Positions 9,574 through 18,223 of a stretch of 64,000 bases of DNA are shown in pieces. The stretch is from an uncultured Planctomycetia bacterium (lineage in GTDB: Bacteria > Omnitrophota > Gorgyraeia > Pluralincolimonadales > Pluralincolimonadaceae): NCBI GenBank assembly GCA_964650515.1, contig CAZYUB010000006.1:13858-77857 (forward strand), written 5' to 3'. The notes under the pieces are model-generated. The model ran no database searches, was not told where the DNA came from, and worked only from the letters and a program-made list of their open reading frames with translations. Numbering within the stretch: position 1 is the stretch's first letter; each line of letters begins with the position of its first letter. The translations under genes were made by a program, and so were the position numbers.

Positions 9574-10728
9574 ATGCGCAATCGCCTCCTTTTGTCCATC
9601 ATAACGTTGCTTGCCTTGAATTTTACCGACGCGACAGCCGCGCCGGTGGTCCGCGTTGCCATAGCGAAGGACTCGGATTCGGTGAAGATATTCATAGCCG
9701 GCAACTACAGGATAACCGACCTCATCTCGAAAGCGGTCCTGCTCGAGGGCAAATATGCGGCCGAGACGTCTTTGGCAGCCGACGGACCCGGGGGTTTCCG
9801 TATGGGGGATTCCCGCGTTTCCTCCGACGCTATAGGCATTGAGCCGCTCGGAGGCGCGAGGGCGTATATAAACGACCGCATATTCAGGGGCGGCATAAGG
9901 GTATACAAGAACGCGGGGAAGATCACGGTGGTCAACGCGGTCGACCTCGAAGAGTACCTTTACGGCGTCATACGCAACGAGGTGTCGACGTGGTGGCCCA
10001 TGGAAGCGCTGAAGGCGCAGGCGATCGCGGCGAGGACATACGCGCTCAACCAGATGAAGGAATCGAAGGGCAGGGACTATGATGTGCAGGCGGACGTCAG
10101 CTCGCAGGTCTACGGCGGGATCTTTTCGGAGAAGTGGAGGACGAACAGGGCGGTCGACCAGACGAAGGGCCTCGTGCTGGCCTATAACGGCGCGATATTC
10201 CCGGCATTCTTCCACGCGACATGCGGCGGAAACACCTTCGACGCCGCGAACCTCTGGAACGTAAACCTGCCTCCGCTCAGGGGAGTCAAATGCGACTGGT
10301 GCAAGAAATCCCCGCATTATTACTGGGAGCGCTGGACGCCCGTGAACGAGGTGGAGAATAAACTCGAAGCGGCCGGTTACCCGGTCGGCGATATCCTCGG
10401 CTTCGAAGTGCTCAGGAAGGACCCGTCCGGAAGGGTGCTCGAATTGAGGGTAAAGGGCAGCAAGGGGGACGCGGTCATTCTCGCGAAGGATTTCAGGAGG
10501 ATCATAGGCGCGGATATAGTAAGGAGCACGAACTTCAAGGTAACGGTCGTCGGGGAATACGCCGCTTTCGAGGGGCTCGGATGGGGGCACGGGGTCGGCC
10601 TGTGCCAGTGGGGCGCTTACTACATGTCGCGCGCGGGGAAGAAGGCCGACGAGATACTCTATTTTTATTATCCGGGGTCGAAGATAATGAAGGATTACGG
10701 CGTCTCCGAGGCAAAGGGGAAGAAATGA
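9574..10728 (+). CDS. SpoIID/LytB-domain protein (amidase enhancer-like).
   Basis: Signal peptide present. VDLEEYLYGVIRNEVSTWWPMEALKAQAIAARTYAL is a SpoIID-domain signature. Confidence 0.7.
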   Translation: MRNRLLLSIITLLALNFTDATAAPVVRVAIAKDSDSVKIFIAGNYRITDLISKAVLLEGKYAAETSLAADGPGGFRMGDSRVSSDAIGIEPLGGARAYINDRIFRGGIRVYKNAGKITVVNAVDLEEYLYGVIRNEVSTWWPMEALKAQAIAARTYALNQMKESKGRDYDVQADVSSQVYGGIFSEKWRTNRAVDQTKGLVLAYNGAIFPAFFHATCGGNTFDAANLWNVNLPPLRGVKCDWCKKSPHYYWERWTPVNEVENKLEAAGYPVGDILGFEVLRKDPSGRVLELRVKGSKGDAVILAKDFRRIIGADIVRSTNFKVTVVGEYAAFEGLGWGHGVGLCQWGAYYMSRAGKKADEILYFYYPGSKIMKDYGVSEAKGKK

Positions 10729-11768
10729 GGCTCAGCGAATTCGATTATAAGCTTCCGGAAGAGCTTATAGCACAGTATCCCGCGCAGGCGCGCGACGCCT
10801 CGCGCCTCATGGTAGTCCATAAGATATCGAAGAAGATAGAGCACAGGAATTTCTCCGACATCGCGGATTATATCGGCCCGGCGGACTGCGTCGTCGTCAA
10901 CGATACGAAGGTCATCAAGGCGCGCATACCGGGCAAGCGCGCCGATACCGGCGGCAAGGCCGAGGTCATGCTCATAGAGAAGCTCAGCGACAAGCTCTAC
11001 AAATGCCTGATAGACACTTCGACTAAGGTAAAAGTCGGCACGAAGTTCGTCTTCGGCGGCGGGGAGCTTACGGGCGTGATACGCGCAGAGAGCGAAGGCA
11101 TCAGGCTCATAGAATTCAGCATAAACGGCGCGGACTTCAATTCGATACTCGAGAAGATAGGCATAGTGCCGCTGCCCCCGTATATCAAGAGGGCGCCCGA
11201 GAAGGCCGACGAAGAGAGGTACCAGACCGTCTACGCGAGGTCGCCCGGGGCGGTCGCGGCGCCGACGGCAGGCCTGCATTTTACGGATGAGATCATGGAT
11301 AAGATCAGGTCGAAAGGCGCGCAGATCGAGCCGGTCACGCTGCACGTCGGGTACGGGACGTTCAAGCCGGTCACATCCGACGACGTGGCGAAGCACAAGG
11401 TGGAGCCCGAGCTCTTCGACCTGAAACCTGAGACGGCCCAGAAACTAAACGGCATAAAGGAGAAGGGCGGAAAGATATTCGCCGTCGGGACGACGACCTG
11501 CAGGGTCCTCGAGAGCCAGGCGCAGCTTGTCAAGGGCTCGAGGAACAGGGTAGGGCCGGGGAAGGGATGGACGAACCTCTTTATTTATCCGCCGTATAAC
11601 TTTAAATTTGTGGACGCGCTCGTGACGAATTTCCACCTTCCGAAGACGACGCTGCTGATGCTCGTCGCCGCGTTCTGCGGCAGGGAGGTCATGCTGCAGG
11701 CGTATGACGAGGCCGTAAAAGAGAAGTACAGGTTCTACAGTTACGGCGATTCGATGCTGATAATATGA
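10725..11768 (+). CDS. queA: S-adenosylmethionine:tRNA ribosyltransferase-isomerase QueA.
   Basis: MRLSEFDYKLPEELIAQYP… is the QueA N-terminus. The start overlaps the previous stop (ATGA). Confidence 0.85.
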   Translation: MRLSEFDYKLPEELIAQYPAQARDASRLMVVHKISKKIEHRNFSDIADYIGPADCVVVNDTKVIKARIPGKRADTGGKAEVMLIEKLSDKLYKCLIDTSTKVKVGTKFVFGGGELTGVIRAESEGIRLIEFSINGADFNSILEKIGIVPLPPYIKRAPEKADEERYQTVYARSPGAVAAPTAGLHFTDEIMDKIRSKGAQIEPVTLHVGYGTFKPVTSDDVAKHKVEPELFDLKPETAQKLNGIKEKGGKIFAVGTTTCRVLESQAQLVKGSRNRVGPGKGWTNLFIYPPYNFKFVDALVTNFHLPKTTLLMLVAAFCGREVMLQAYDEAVKEKYRFYSYGDSMLII

Positions 11769-12886
11769 AGATAGAGATAATAGCCAGGGACACGCTTACG
11801 CGAGCGAGGGCCGGCAAAGCCGTGACCGCGCACGGGGAGTTCGAGACGCCGGCGTTCATGCCGGTCGGCACGCAGGCGACGGTAAAGACACTTTCGAACA
11901 ACGAGCTCATGGAATGCGGCGTGCAGATACTGTTATCGAACGCGTACCATTTATACCTGCGGCCCGGAGAAGATATCATAAGGAACGCAGGGGGCCTGCA
12001 TAAGTTCATGGGCTGGGACAGGCCCATACTGACCGACTCGGGCGGTTTCCAGGTATTCAGTTTGGCGGTACTGCGCAAGGTCACCGATGAGGGCGTCGAG
12101 TTCCAGTCGCACATAGACGGCTCGAAGCATTTCCTGACCCCGGAGAAGATGGTAGGGTTCCAAACAGCGCTCGGAAGTGATATAATGATGGTCCTTGACG
12201 AGTGCGTCCATTACCCGTGCGAACATGAGATGGCCAGGCGCGCGGTAAAGAGGACGCTCGACTGGGCAAAGCTCTCGAAGCAGGCATTCGACCCCGGCAC
12301 AGGTCAGCACCTCTTCGGCATAGTCCAGGGCGCTTCATACAAGGACCTTAGGAAGGAATGCGCCGAGGAGCTCGCGGGGATGGATTTCGACGGTTACGCG
12401 CTCGGCGGGCTCGCGGTAGGAGAGCCGAAGGAGATCACGGCGGAGATGACGGCTTTTACGGCCGCGCTGCTTCCGGAAGGGAAGCCCCGCTATCTCATGG
12501 GCGTCGGCGAGCCGCAGGATATCCTCGAGGCGGTCTCGTCGGGCATAGACATGTTCGACTGCGTCGTGCCTACGCGCAACGGGCGAAACGGCACCGCGTT
12601 TACTTCGAACGGTCGTTTTTCCGCCAGGAACGCGTCTAATTCGCGGGACCTCGGGCCCATCGAGGACGGATGCGGATGTTACGCGTGCAGGAACCATACG
12701 CGCAGTTATATAAGGCATCTCTTCAATACGGATGAGATACTCGGTTTGAAACTTGTCTCGCTGCATAACGTATATTTCTACCAGAAACTTATGCGCGAGA
12801 TAAGGCAGGCGATAAGGGACGGCAAGTTCACGGAATACAAAAACGAAAGGATAGGAAGATGGAACAGCAGGCAGCAGGTTCAGTGA
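11765..12886 (+). CDS. tgt: Queuine tRNA-ribosyltransferase.
   Basis: Tgt motifs DSGGFQ, LGGLAVGE and the zinc site CxCxxC…H are present. The queA-tgt-yajC-secDF order is conserved synteny. Confidence 0.9.
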   Translation: MKIEIIARDTLTRARAGKAVTAHGEFETPAFMPVGTQATVKTLSNNELMECGVQILLSNAYHLYLRPGEDIIRNAGGLHKFMGWDRPILTDSGGFQVFSLAVLRKVTDEGVEFQSHIDGSKHFLTPEKMVGFQTALGSDIMMVLDECVHYPCEHEMARRAVKRTLDWAKLSKQAFDPGTGQHLFGIVQGASYKDLRKECAEELAGMDFDGYALGGLAVGEPKEITAEMTAFTAALLPEGKPRYLMGVGEPQDILEAVSSGIDMFDCVVPTRNGRNGTAFTSNGRFSARNASNSRDLGPIEDGCGCYACRNHTRSYIRHLFNTDEILGLKLVSLHNVYFYQKLMREIRQAIRDGKFTEYKNERIGRWNSRQQVQ

Positions 12887-13152
12887 TCAGCTTTATAACC
12901 TTGATACTGATATTCGTGGTATTCTATTTTCTGCTTATCAAACCGCAGCAGAAGGAGCGCAAACGCCACGAGGAGATGGTCAAGAACCTCGCGAAGAACG
13001 ATGAGGTCGTCACCTCCGGAGGCATCCACGGCACGATAGTCAACGTCAAGGAGACGTCCGTGGTGCTGCGCGTCGACGAGAACGCGAAGATGGAAGTCGA
13101 CAAATACGCGATATCCTACACGGTCAAGAAGAGGTCAGGAGAAGAGAAATGA
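12859..13152 (+). CDS. yajC: Preprotein translocase subunit YajC.
   Basis: A single TM segment followed by QQKERKRHEEMVKNLAKNDEVVTSGGIHGTIV is YajC-like. The start is ambiguous because it overlaps the tgt 3' end. Confidence 0.7.
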   Translation: MEQQAAGSVISFITLILIFVVFYFLLIKPQQKERKRHEEMVKNLAKNDEVVTSGGIHGTIVNVKETSVVLRVDENAKMEVDKYAISYTVKKRSGEEK

Positions 13153-15368
13153 GAAAAGCCCTTATCTGGAAATTAGCGCTTGTCCTTTTGCTCGCGGGCG
13201 TTTCCGTTTGGCTCATAAACCCGGTGCTCGACATAAAGGACAAGGACGGCAAGGTGGTAAGGGAAGGGAAGATAAACCTCGGCCTCGACCTGCAGGGCGG
13301 CATGCACCTCGTGCTGAAGGTCGATACCTCGAAGATACCGGAGGATGCCAGGAAGGACGCGGCAGACCGCGCGCTTGAGGTCATCCGCAACAGGATAGAC
13401 GAGTTCGGCGTGAAGGAACCGCAGATATCCCCGCAGGGCAAGGACGAGATAGTAGTCCAGCTGCCGGGCATCACCGACAGGGACAGGGCGCTCGAACTGA
13501 TAGGCAAGACGGCGCTCCTCGAGTTCAAGCTCGTCTCGACGGACGCCGACAAGATGAACAAGGCGCTGCAGGGCGATGTGCCTGCAGGGTTCGTTCTGCT
13601 GAAGGATGAGAACGGCGACCCGCTGTTGCTTGAAAAGGACGCGGTGCTGACCGGTGACGCGCTGACGACCGCGTTCATGAGTTTCGACCAGTCGCGTTTC
13701 AACGAGCCGTACGTTTCCATACAGTTCAACGCGGACGGCGCGAAAAAATTCGCGAAGATAACGCAGGATAACGTGGGCAAGCGGCTCGCGATAGTGCTAG
13801 ACGGCAAGGTCAAGTCCGCCCCGCAGATAAAAGAAGCGATCCCGTCGGGGCAGGCGCAGGTGACCGGAAGGTTCTCGAAGGAAGAGGCGAGCGACCTCGC
13901 GATAGTGCTTAAGGTCGGCGCGCTTCCGGCCCCCGTATATATCGAGGAGGAGAGGACCGTCGGCCCGCTGCTCGGGCAGGACTCGATAAACGACGGTATC
14001 AGGGCCACGCTTCTCGGCGCGGCATTCGTAGGGGCTTTCATATTGGTATATTACCTGTTCGCTGGATTTGTGGCGGACATCGCGATGGCGCTGAACATAC
14101 TTCTGCTGCTTGGCGCGATGGCGTATTTTAAAGTCACGATGACGCTGCCCGGTATCGCGGGTATCGTGCTGACCCTCGGCATGGCGGTCGACGCGAACGT
14201 GCTTATACAGGAGAGGATGCGCGAGGAGCTCGAGGCGGGCAAGACGCTCGCTCAGGCGATAAGGCTCGGTTACGACAGGGCCATGACCGCTATCATCGAC
14301 TCGAACCTCACGACGGTCGTAGCCGCCATATTCCTGTTCCAGTTCGGCACGGGCCCGATACGCGGGTTCGCGCTGACGCTCATCATCGGCCTGCTGATAA
14401 GCATGTTCACGTCCGTTTTCGTGACAAGGGCCATATTCGAGGCGCTGTTAGGGCTTAAACTCCTGAAGGGCCTGCCGATGCTCAAGATCATCGGGACCCC
14501 GAAGTTCGATTTTATCAGGATACGCTGGATAAGCTACGCGCTTTCGATCGCGGTGCTCGCGGTCGGCATGGGCGCTTATTTCATGAAAGGCCCGGATGTA
14601 TACGGAGTGGATTTCAAGGGCGGCCAGGTCCAGGAGTTCAAGTTCCGCGACACGGTGGATGCGAAGGACGTGCGCGCCGCGCTTGCGGAGATCAACCTCG
14701 GCAACGCTTCCGTCCAGCAGCTCAGGGACGACCCGAAGGTCTTTATAATACGCACTCAGGAGGAGATAACCGACGAGATATCCAAGAAATTCGAGACAAC
14801 CTTCAAGGAGAACAAGGCCGAGATAATTAAGATAGACAAGGTCGGGCCTTCCGTAGGCGGCCAGCTGAGGACGAAAGCATTATACGCGATCGTCTTCTCG
14901 ATGCTCGGCATCATGGTATACGTCGCGTTCAGGTTCAAGCACTGGTATTTCGCGCTGGCTGGCGTTATCGCGCTGTTCCATGACGTCTTTGTCGCGATGG
15001 GATTCATGGCGCTTGCCGGGCGCGAGATGACGCTGCTGATAGTCTCGGCCCTGCTGACTATCGCCGGTTTTTCGATAAACGACACTATAGTCATTTATGA
15101 CAGGATAAGGGAGAACGCGAAGCTGAACCATAAGATGTCCTTAAGGGACCTCGTAAACCTCAGCGTGAACCAGATGATGTCGAGGACGCTGCTGACATCC
15201 TTCACGGTGCTCGTGGTCGTGGCCGTGCTCTATATGTACGGCGGCGAAGTCCTCAATGATTTCGCGTTCTGCCTTCTCGCAGGGTTCATATCGGGCATCT
15301 ATTCGACGGTCTTCATCGCGAGCCCGCTGATACTGCTGTTCCACGGCAATAAAAAAAGGAGTTTATGA
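13149..15368 (+). CDS. secDF: Protein translocase subunit SecDF (fused SecD-SecF).
   Basis: 739 aa with a periplasmic domain and two RND-like TM bundles. Position after yajC. Confidence 0.85.
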   Translation: MRKALIWKLALVLLLAGVSVWLINPVLDIKDKDGKVVREGKINLGLDLQGGMHLVLKVDTSKIPEDARKDAADRALEVIRNRIDEFGVKEPQISPQGKDEIVVQLPGITDRDRALELIGKTALLEFKLVSTDADKMNKALQGDVPAGFVLLKDENGDPLLLEKDAVLTGDALTTAFMSFDQSRFNEPYVSIQFNADGAKKFAKITQDNVGKRLAIVLDGKVKSAPQIKEAIPSGQAQVTGRFSKEEASDLAIVLKVGALPAPVYIEEERTVGPLLGQDSINDGIRATLLGAAFVGAFILVYYLFAGFVADIAMALNILLLLGAMAYFKVTMTLPGIAGIVLTLGMAVDANVLIQERMREELEAGKTLAQAIRLGYDRAMTAIIDSNLTTVVAAIFLFQFGTGPIRGFALTLIIGLLISMFTSVFVTRAIFEALLGLKLLKGLPMLKIIGTPKFDFIRIRWISYALSIAVLAVGMGAYFMKGPDVYGVDFKGGQVQEFKFRDTVDAKDVRAALAEINLGNASVQQLRDDPKVFIIRTQEEITDEISKKFETTFKENKAEIIKIDKVGPSVGGQLRTKALYAIVFSMLGIMVYVAFRFKHWYFALAGVIALFHDVFVAMGFMALAGREMTLLIVSALLTIAGFSINDTIVIYDRIRENAKLNHKMSLRDLVNLSVNQMMSRTLLTSFTVLVVVAVLYMYGGEVLNDFAFCLLAGFISGIYSTVFIASPLILLFHGNKKRSL

Positions 15369-16231
15369 GCAATAATAAGTTTGCCCAGATACGCAAACTG
15401 CTCCTGGTCATCCTTGCCCTGAACTGGGGCGTGGCCATCGCTAAGATCGTCTACGGCCACCTGACGGGCTCCGTTTCGATGTTCGCGGACGGCATCCATT
15501 CGCTCTCGGACGGCTCGTCAAACATAATAGGGCTGATAGGCATAGGTGTGGCCTCGCGCCCGAGGGACGTCGGGCATCCTTACGGCCACAGGAAGTACGA
15601 GACGCTCGCGTCGATGGCAATAGCCGTCGCGCTCTTCATGATAGCGTTCAGGCTGCTGAGCGATTCGGTCCATAAGCTGTGGAACCAGGAGCTGATAAAT
15701 CCCGAAGCGAACCTGCTGAGCTTCGTCGTGATGGGCGTAACGATCGCGGTCAACATAAGCGTGATGAGGTACGAGCGCAGGAAGGGCAAGGAACTTAACA
15801 GCGATTTCCTTGTCGCCGATTCGCTGCATACTGGATCCGACATACTCGCCTCCATCATGGTCGTCGTCAGCTTGATAAGCGTGAAACTCGGCCTGCCTAT
15901 AATCGACGTCATCGCGGGTATGGTCATATCGCTGCTGGTCGGCTATGTCGGTGTAAGCATACTCAGGGACAGCTCACGCGTCTTGACCGATTACGCGGTC
16001 ATAAATTCCCAGCAGATAACGGAGACCCTCTCCGACATGAAGGAGGTCATCGGCTGCCACCGTATACGCACGCGCGGACGCACCGACGATGTCCATGTAG
16101 ACCTGCACATCACCGTGGACAGGAACATGAGCGTAGGAAAGGCCCATGACCTCTCCACCGCGATAGAGAAACGCATACGCGAAAAATTTTCAGGCGTTAC
16201 CGACGTGATGGTCCACATCGAGCCCGCGTAG
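15365..16231 (+). CDS. Cation diffusion facilitator family metal efflux transporter.
   Basis: N-terminal 6-TM region (HLTGSVSMFADGIHSLSD… has CDF motifs) plus a C-terminal cytoplasmic domain. Confidence 0.75.
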   Translation: MSNNKFAQIRKLLLVILALNWGVAIAKIVYGHLTGSVSMFADGIHSLSDGSSNIIGLIGIGVASRPRDVGHPYGHRKYETLASMAIAVALFMIAFRLLSDSVHKLWNQELINPEANLLSFVVMGVTIAVNISVMRYERRKGKELNSDFLVADSLHTGSDILASIMVVVSLISVKLGLPIIDVIAGMVISLLVGYVGVSILRDSSRVLTDYAVINSQQITETLSDMKEVIGCHRIRTRGRTDDVHVDLHITVDRNMSVGKAHDLSTAIEKRIREKFSGVTDVMVHIEPA

Positions 16232-16232
16232 C

Positions 16233-17948
16233 ATGCAAAAGGCCTGGGAGATAGATTCGATAGACCTTGCAAGGACCGAAGGCCTTTGCGGTCCGTTAGG
16301 CATTTCGCCGATACTTGCCCACCTGCTGGCAAAAAGAGGGGTAAAGTCCGCCGAAGACGCGCGCGCTTTCCTCGAATGCGGCCTCGATTCGCTGCACGAC
16401 CCGTCCCTCTTCAAAGACATGCCGAAAGCCGTCTCGCGCATAAAGTCCGCCATAGACAATAAGGAAAAGGTGGTCATTTTCGGCGACTATGATGTCGACG
16501 GGCTCACCGCGACCGCGCTGCTTTATAACACGCTGAAGGCATACGGCGCCGACGTCCATAACTATATCCCTGACCGCGTGAAAGAGGGTTATGGCTTGAA
16601 TCTTTCCGCACTCGAAAAGGCATGCGACGGAAAGATGAAGCTCGCTATTGCCGTCGATTGCGGCATCACCTCGGCGGAAGAGATAGATTTCCTTAACAAG
16701 CACGGCATAGATTCCATAATAATAGACCACCACGAACCGGTCGAAGGTAAAATTCCGCACGCGTGCGGAATTTTAAATCCCCTGGTGCCGGGATCGGGGT
16801 ATCCCTATAAGTATCTTGCCAGCGTCGGATTGGTGTATAAGCTTTCCCAGGCCATGAGCAAGTCCCTTAAGCATCCCGGCAGGACCGTCGAGGATGACCT
16901 CGATCTTGTCGCGCTCGGCACGATCGCAGACGTCGCGCCGCTGACCGGCGAGAACAGGATCCTCGTGAAGCACGGCCTGAAATACCTCGCGAAGACGAAG
17001 AGGCCGGGACTGCGCGCGCTTATGGAAGTCGCGGGCATCGGCAGGAAGAAGGAGTTCTATTCCGAGACGGTCGGTTTCATCCTCGGCCCCCGCATAAACG
17101 CCTCGGGCAGGATGAACTCTTCCTCGCATTCGCTGAAACTGCTGCTGACGGAGGATAAGGAAGAAGCGCTCAAGCTTGCGGAAGAGCTCGACAGGAGCAA
17201 CCGCGAGCGGCAGAAGATGGAAGAGGTAATACTTAAGGAAGCCGTCTCGAAGGTCGAGCGCGAAGTCAACTTTAAGGAACATAAGGTCATAGTCCTGCAC
17301 TGCGATTCGTGGCATCCCGGCGTGATAGGGATAGTCGCATCGCGCATAGTCGAGAGGTTCTACCGCCCCACGATACTCGTTGCCTTCGACGGTGAAGGCG
17401 CCGGGCACGGCAAGGGTTCCGGGAGGTCTATAAAGAGGTTCCACCTTTTCGACGCCATCTCGAAATGCAAGGAACACCTGGTAGAGTTCGGCGGGCACGA
17501 GCACGCGGCCGGCATAACGATAACGAAGGGCAATATCGATAATTTCCGGGACGCGATCAACCTCGTCGCGCATGAGACGCTGCAGCCGCTCGACCTCGTG
17601 CCGACGCTCGATATAGACGCCTGGATATCCCTTAAGGACATAACGCCGGAATTGATGAAGGAACTTGCGCTGCTTGAGCCGTACGGGGTGGGCAACAGGA
17701 AGCCGGTATTCGCGGTCAAAGGGCTAAAGCTGAAAGCCCCGCCGAAGGTACTCGGCTCGAATACCCTGAAGATCTGGGTGACGGACGGGCAGATGACTTA
17801 TGAGGCGGTGGGTTTCAGGAAAGCCCTGGATTATAAACTCGATGCCGCCTCGTCGAACTTCGACCTGGCTTTCACGCCTTCGGTTAACGTATGGCAGGGA
17901 CAGGAGATGGTGCAGCTGCAACTTAAGGACCTGAAGGTTAAGCTTTAA
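16233..17948 (+). CDS. recJ: Single-stranded-DNA-specific exonuclease RecJ.
   Basis: DHH motifs (VVIFGDYDVDG, IIIDHHE) and a DHHA1 region (GGHEHAAGI). Confidence 0.85.
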   Translation: MQKAWEIDSIDLARTEGLCGPLGISPILAHLLAKRGVKSAEDARAFLECGLDSLHDPSLFKDMPKAVSRIKSAIDNKEKVVIFGDYDVDGLTATALLYNTLKAYGADVHNYIPDRVKEGYGLNLSALEKACDGKMKLAIAVDCGITSAEEIDFLNKHGIDSIIIDHHEPVEGKIPHACGILNPLVPGSGYPYKYLASVGLVYKLSQAMSKSLKHPGRTVEDDLDLVALGTIADVAPLTGENRILVKHGLKYLAKTKRPGLRALMEVAGIGRKKEFYSETVGFILGPRINASGRMNSSSHSLKLLLTEDKEEALKLAEELDRSNRERQKMEEVILKEAVSKVEREVNFKEHKVIVLHCDSWHPGVIGIVASRIVERFYRPTILVAFDGEGAGHGKGSGRSIKRFHLFDAISKCKEHLVEFGGHEHAAGITITKGNIDNFRDAINLVAHETLQPLDLVPTLDIDAWISLKDITPELMKELALLEPYGVGNRKPVFAVKGLKLKAPPKVLGSNTLKIWVTDGQMTYEAVGFRKALDYKLDAASSNFDLAFTPSVNVWQGQEMVQLQLKDLKVKL

Positions 17949-17963
17949 CCTCCCGTCGGGGGG

Positions 17964-18191
17964 CTATGCTTTTACTATCTTACCGGACCTGATGCAGGCG
18001 GTGCAGACCTTGATGGTCTTAATCACGCCTTTCATTTTGACCTTGATCTTTTGCAGATTGGGGGTAAAGCGCCTTATGCTCCTGCCGGTAATCTTACGCC
18101 CGACACCGCCGTCCTTCTTGGCCATACCGCGGCGCTTGATCTTCATACCGGCCATTTTGCCTTTTCCGCATATATCGCATACTTTTGACAT
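17964..18191 (-). CDS. rpmB: 50S ribosomal protein L28 (zinc-ribbon type).
   Basis: MSKVCDICGKG…RRFTPNLQKIKV…VCTACIRSGK matches L28. Confidence 0.8.
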   Translation of the reverse strand: MSKVCDICGKGKMAGMKIKRRGMAKKDGGVGRKITGRSIRRFTPNLQKIKVKMKGVIKTIKVCTACIRSGKIVKA

Positions 18192-18223
18192 TACTTCCTC
18201 CTTAATGTATTATTGAGTGTATA

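Noticed and set aside
8716-10590. A 624-aa minus-strand ORF, and many other long antisense ORFs (e.g. 21972..23021, 57468..58622, 58671..60008, 18419..19447).
   Set aside because: They lie opposite well-supported conserved genes (ruvB/spoIID, plsX, the zinc-ribbon/rnhA region, pilT, recG). Their translations are Arg/Pro/Ala-rich, as expected for GC-rich shadow frames, and they carry no recognisable motifs.
17949-17963. A short GC palindrome between the recJ and rpmB stops, considered as a bidirectional terminator.
   Set aside because: The stem is only 4-5 bp with no clear T tract. That is too weak to call.
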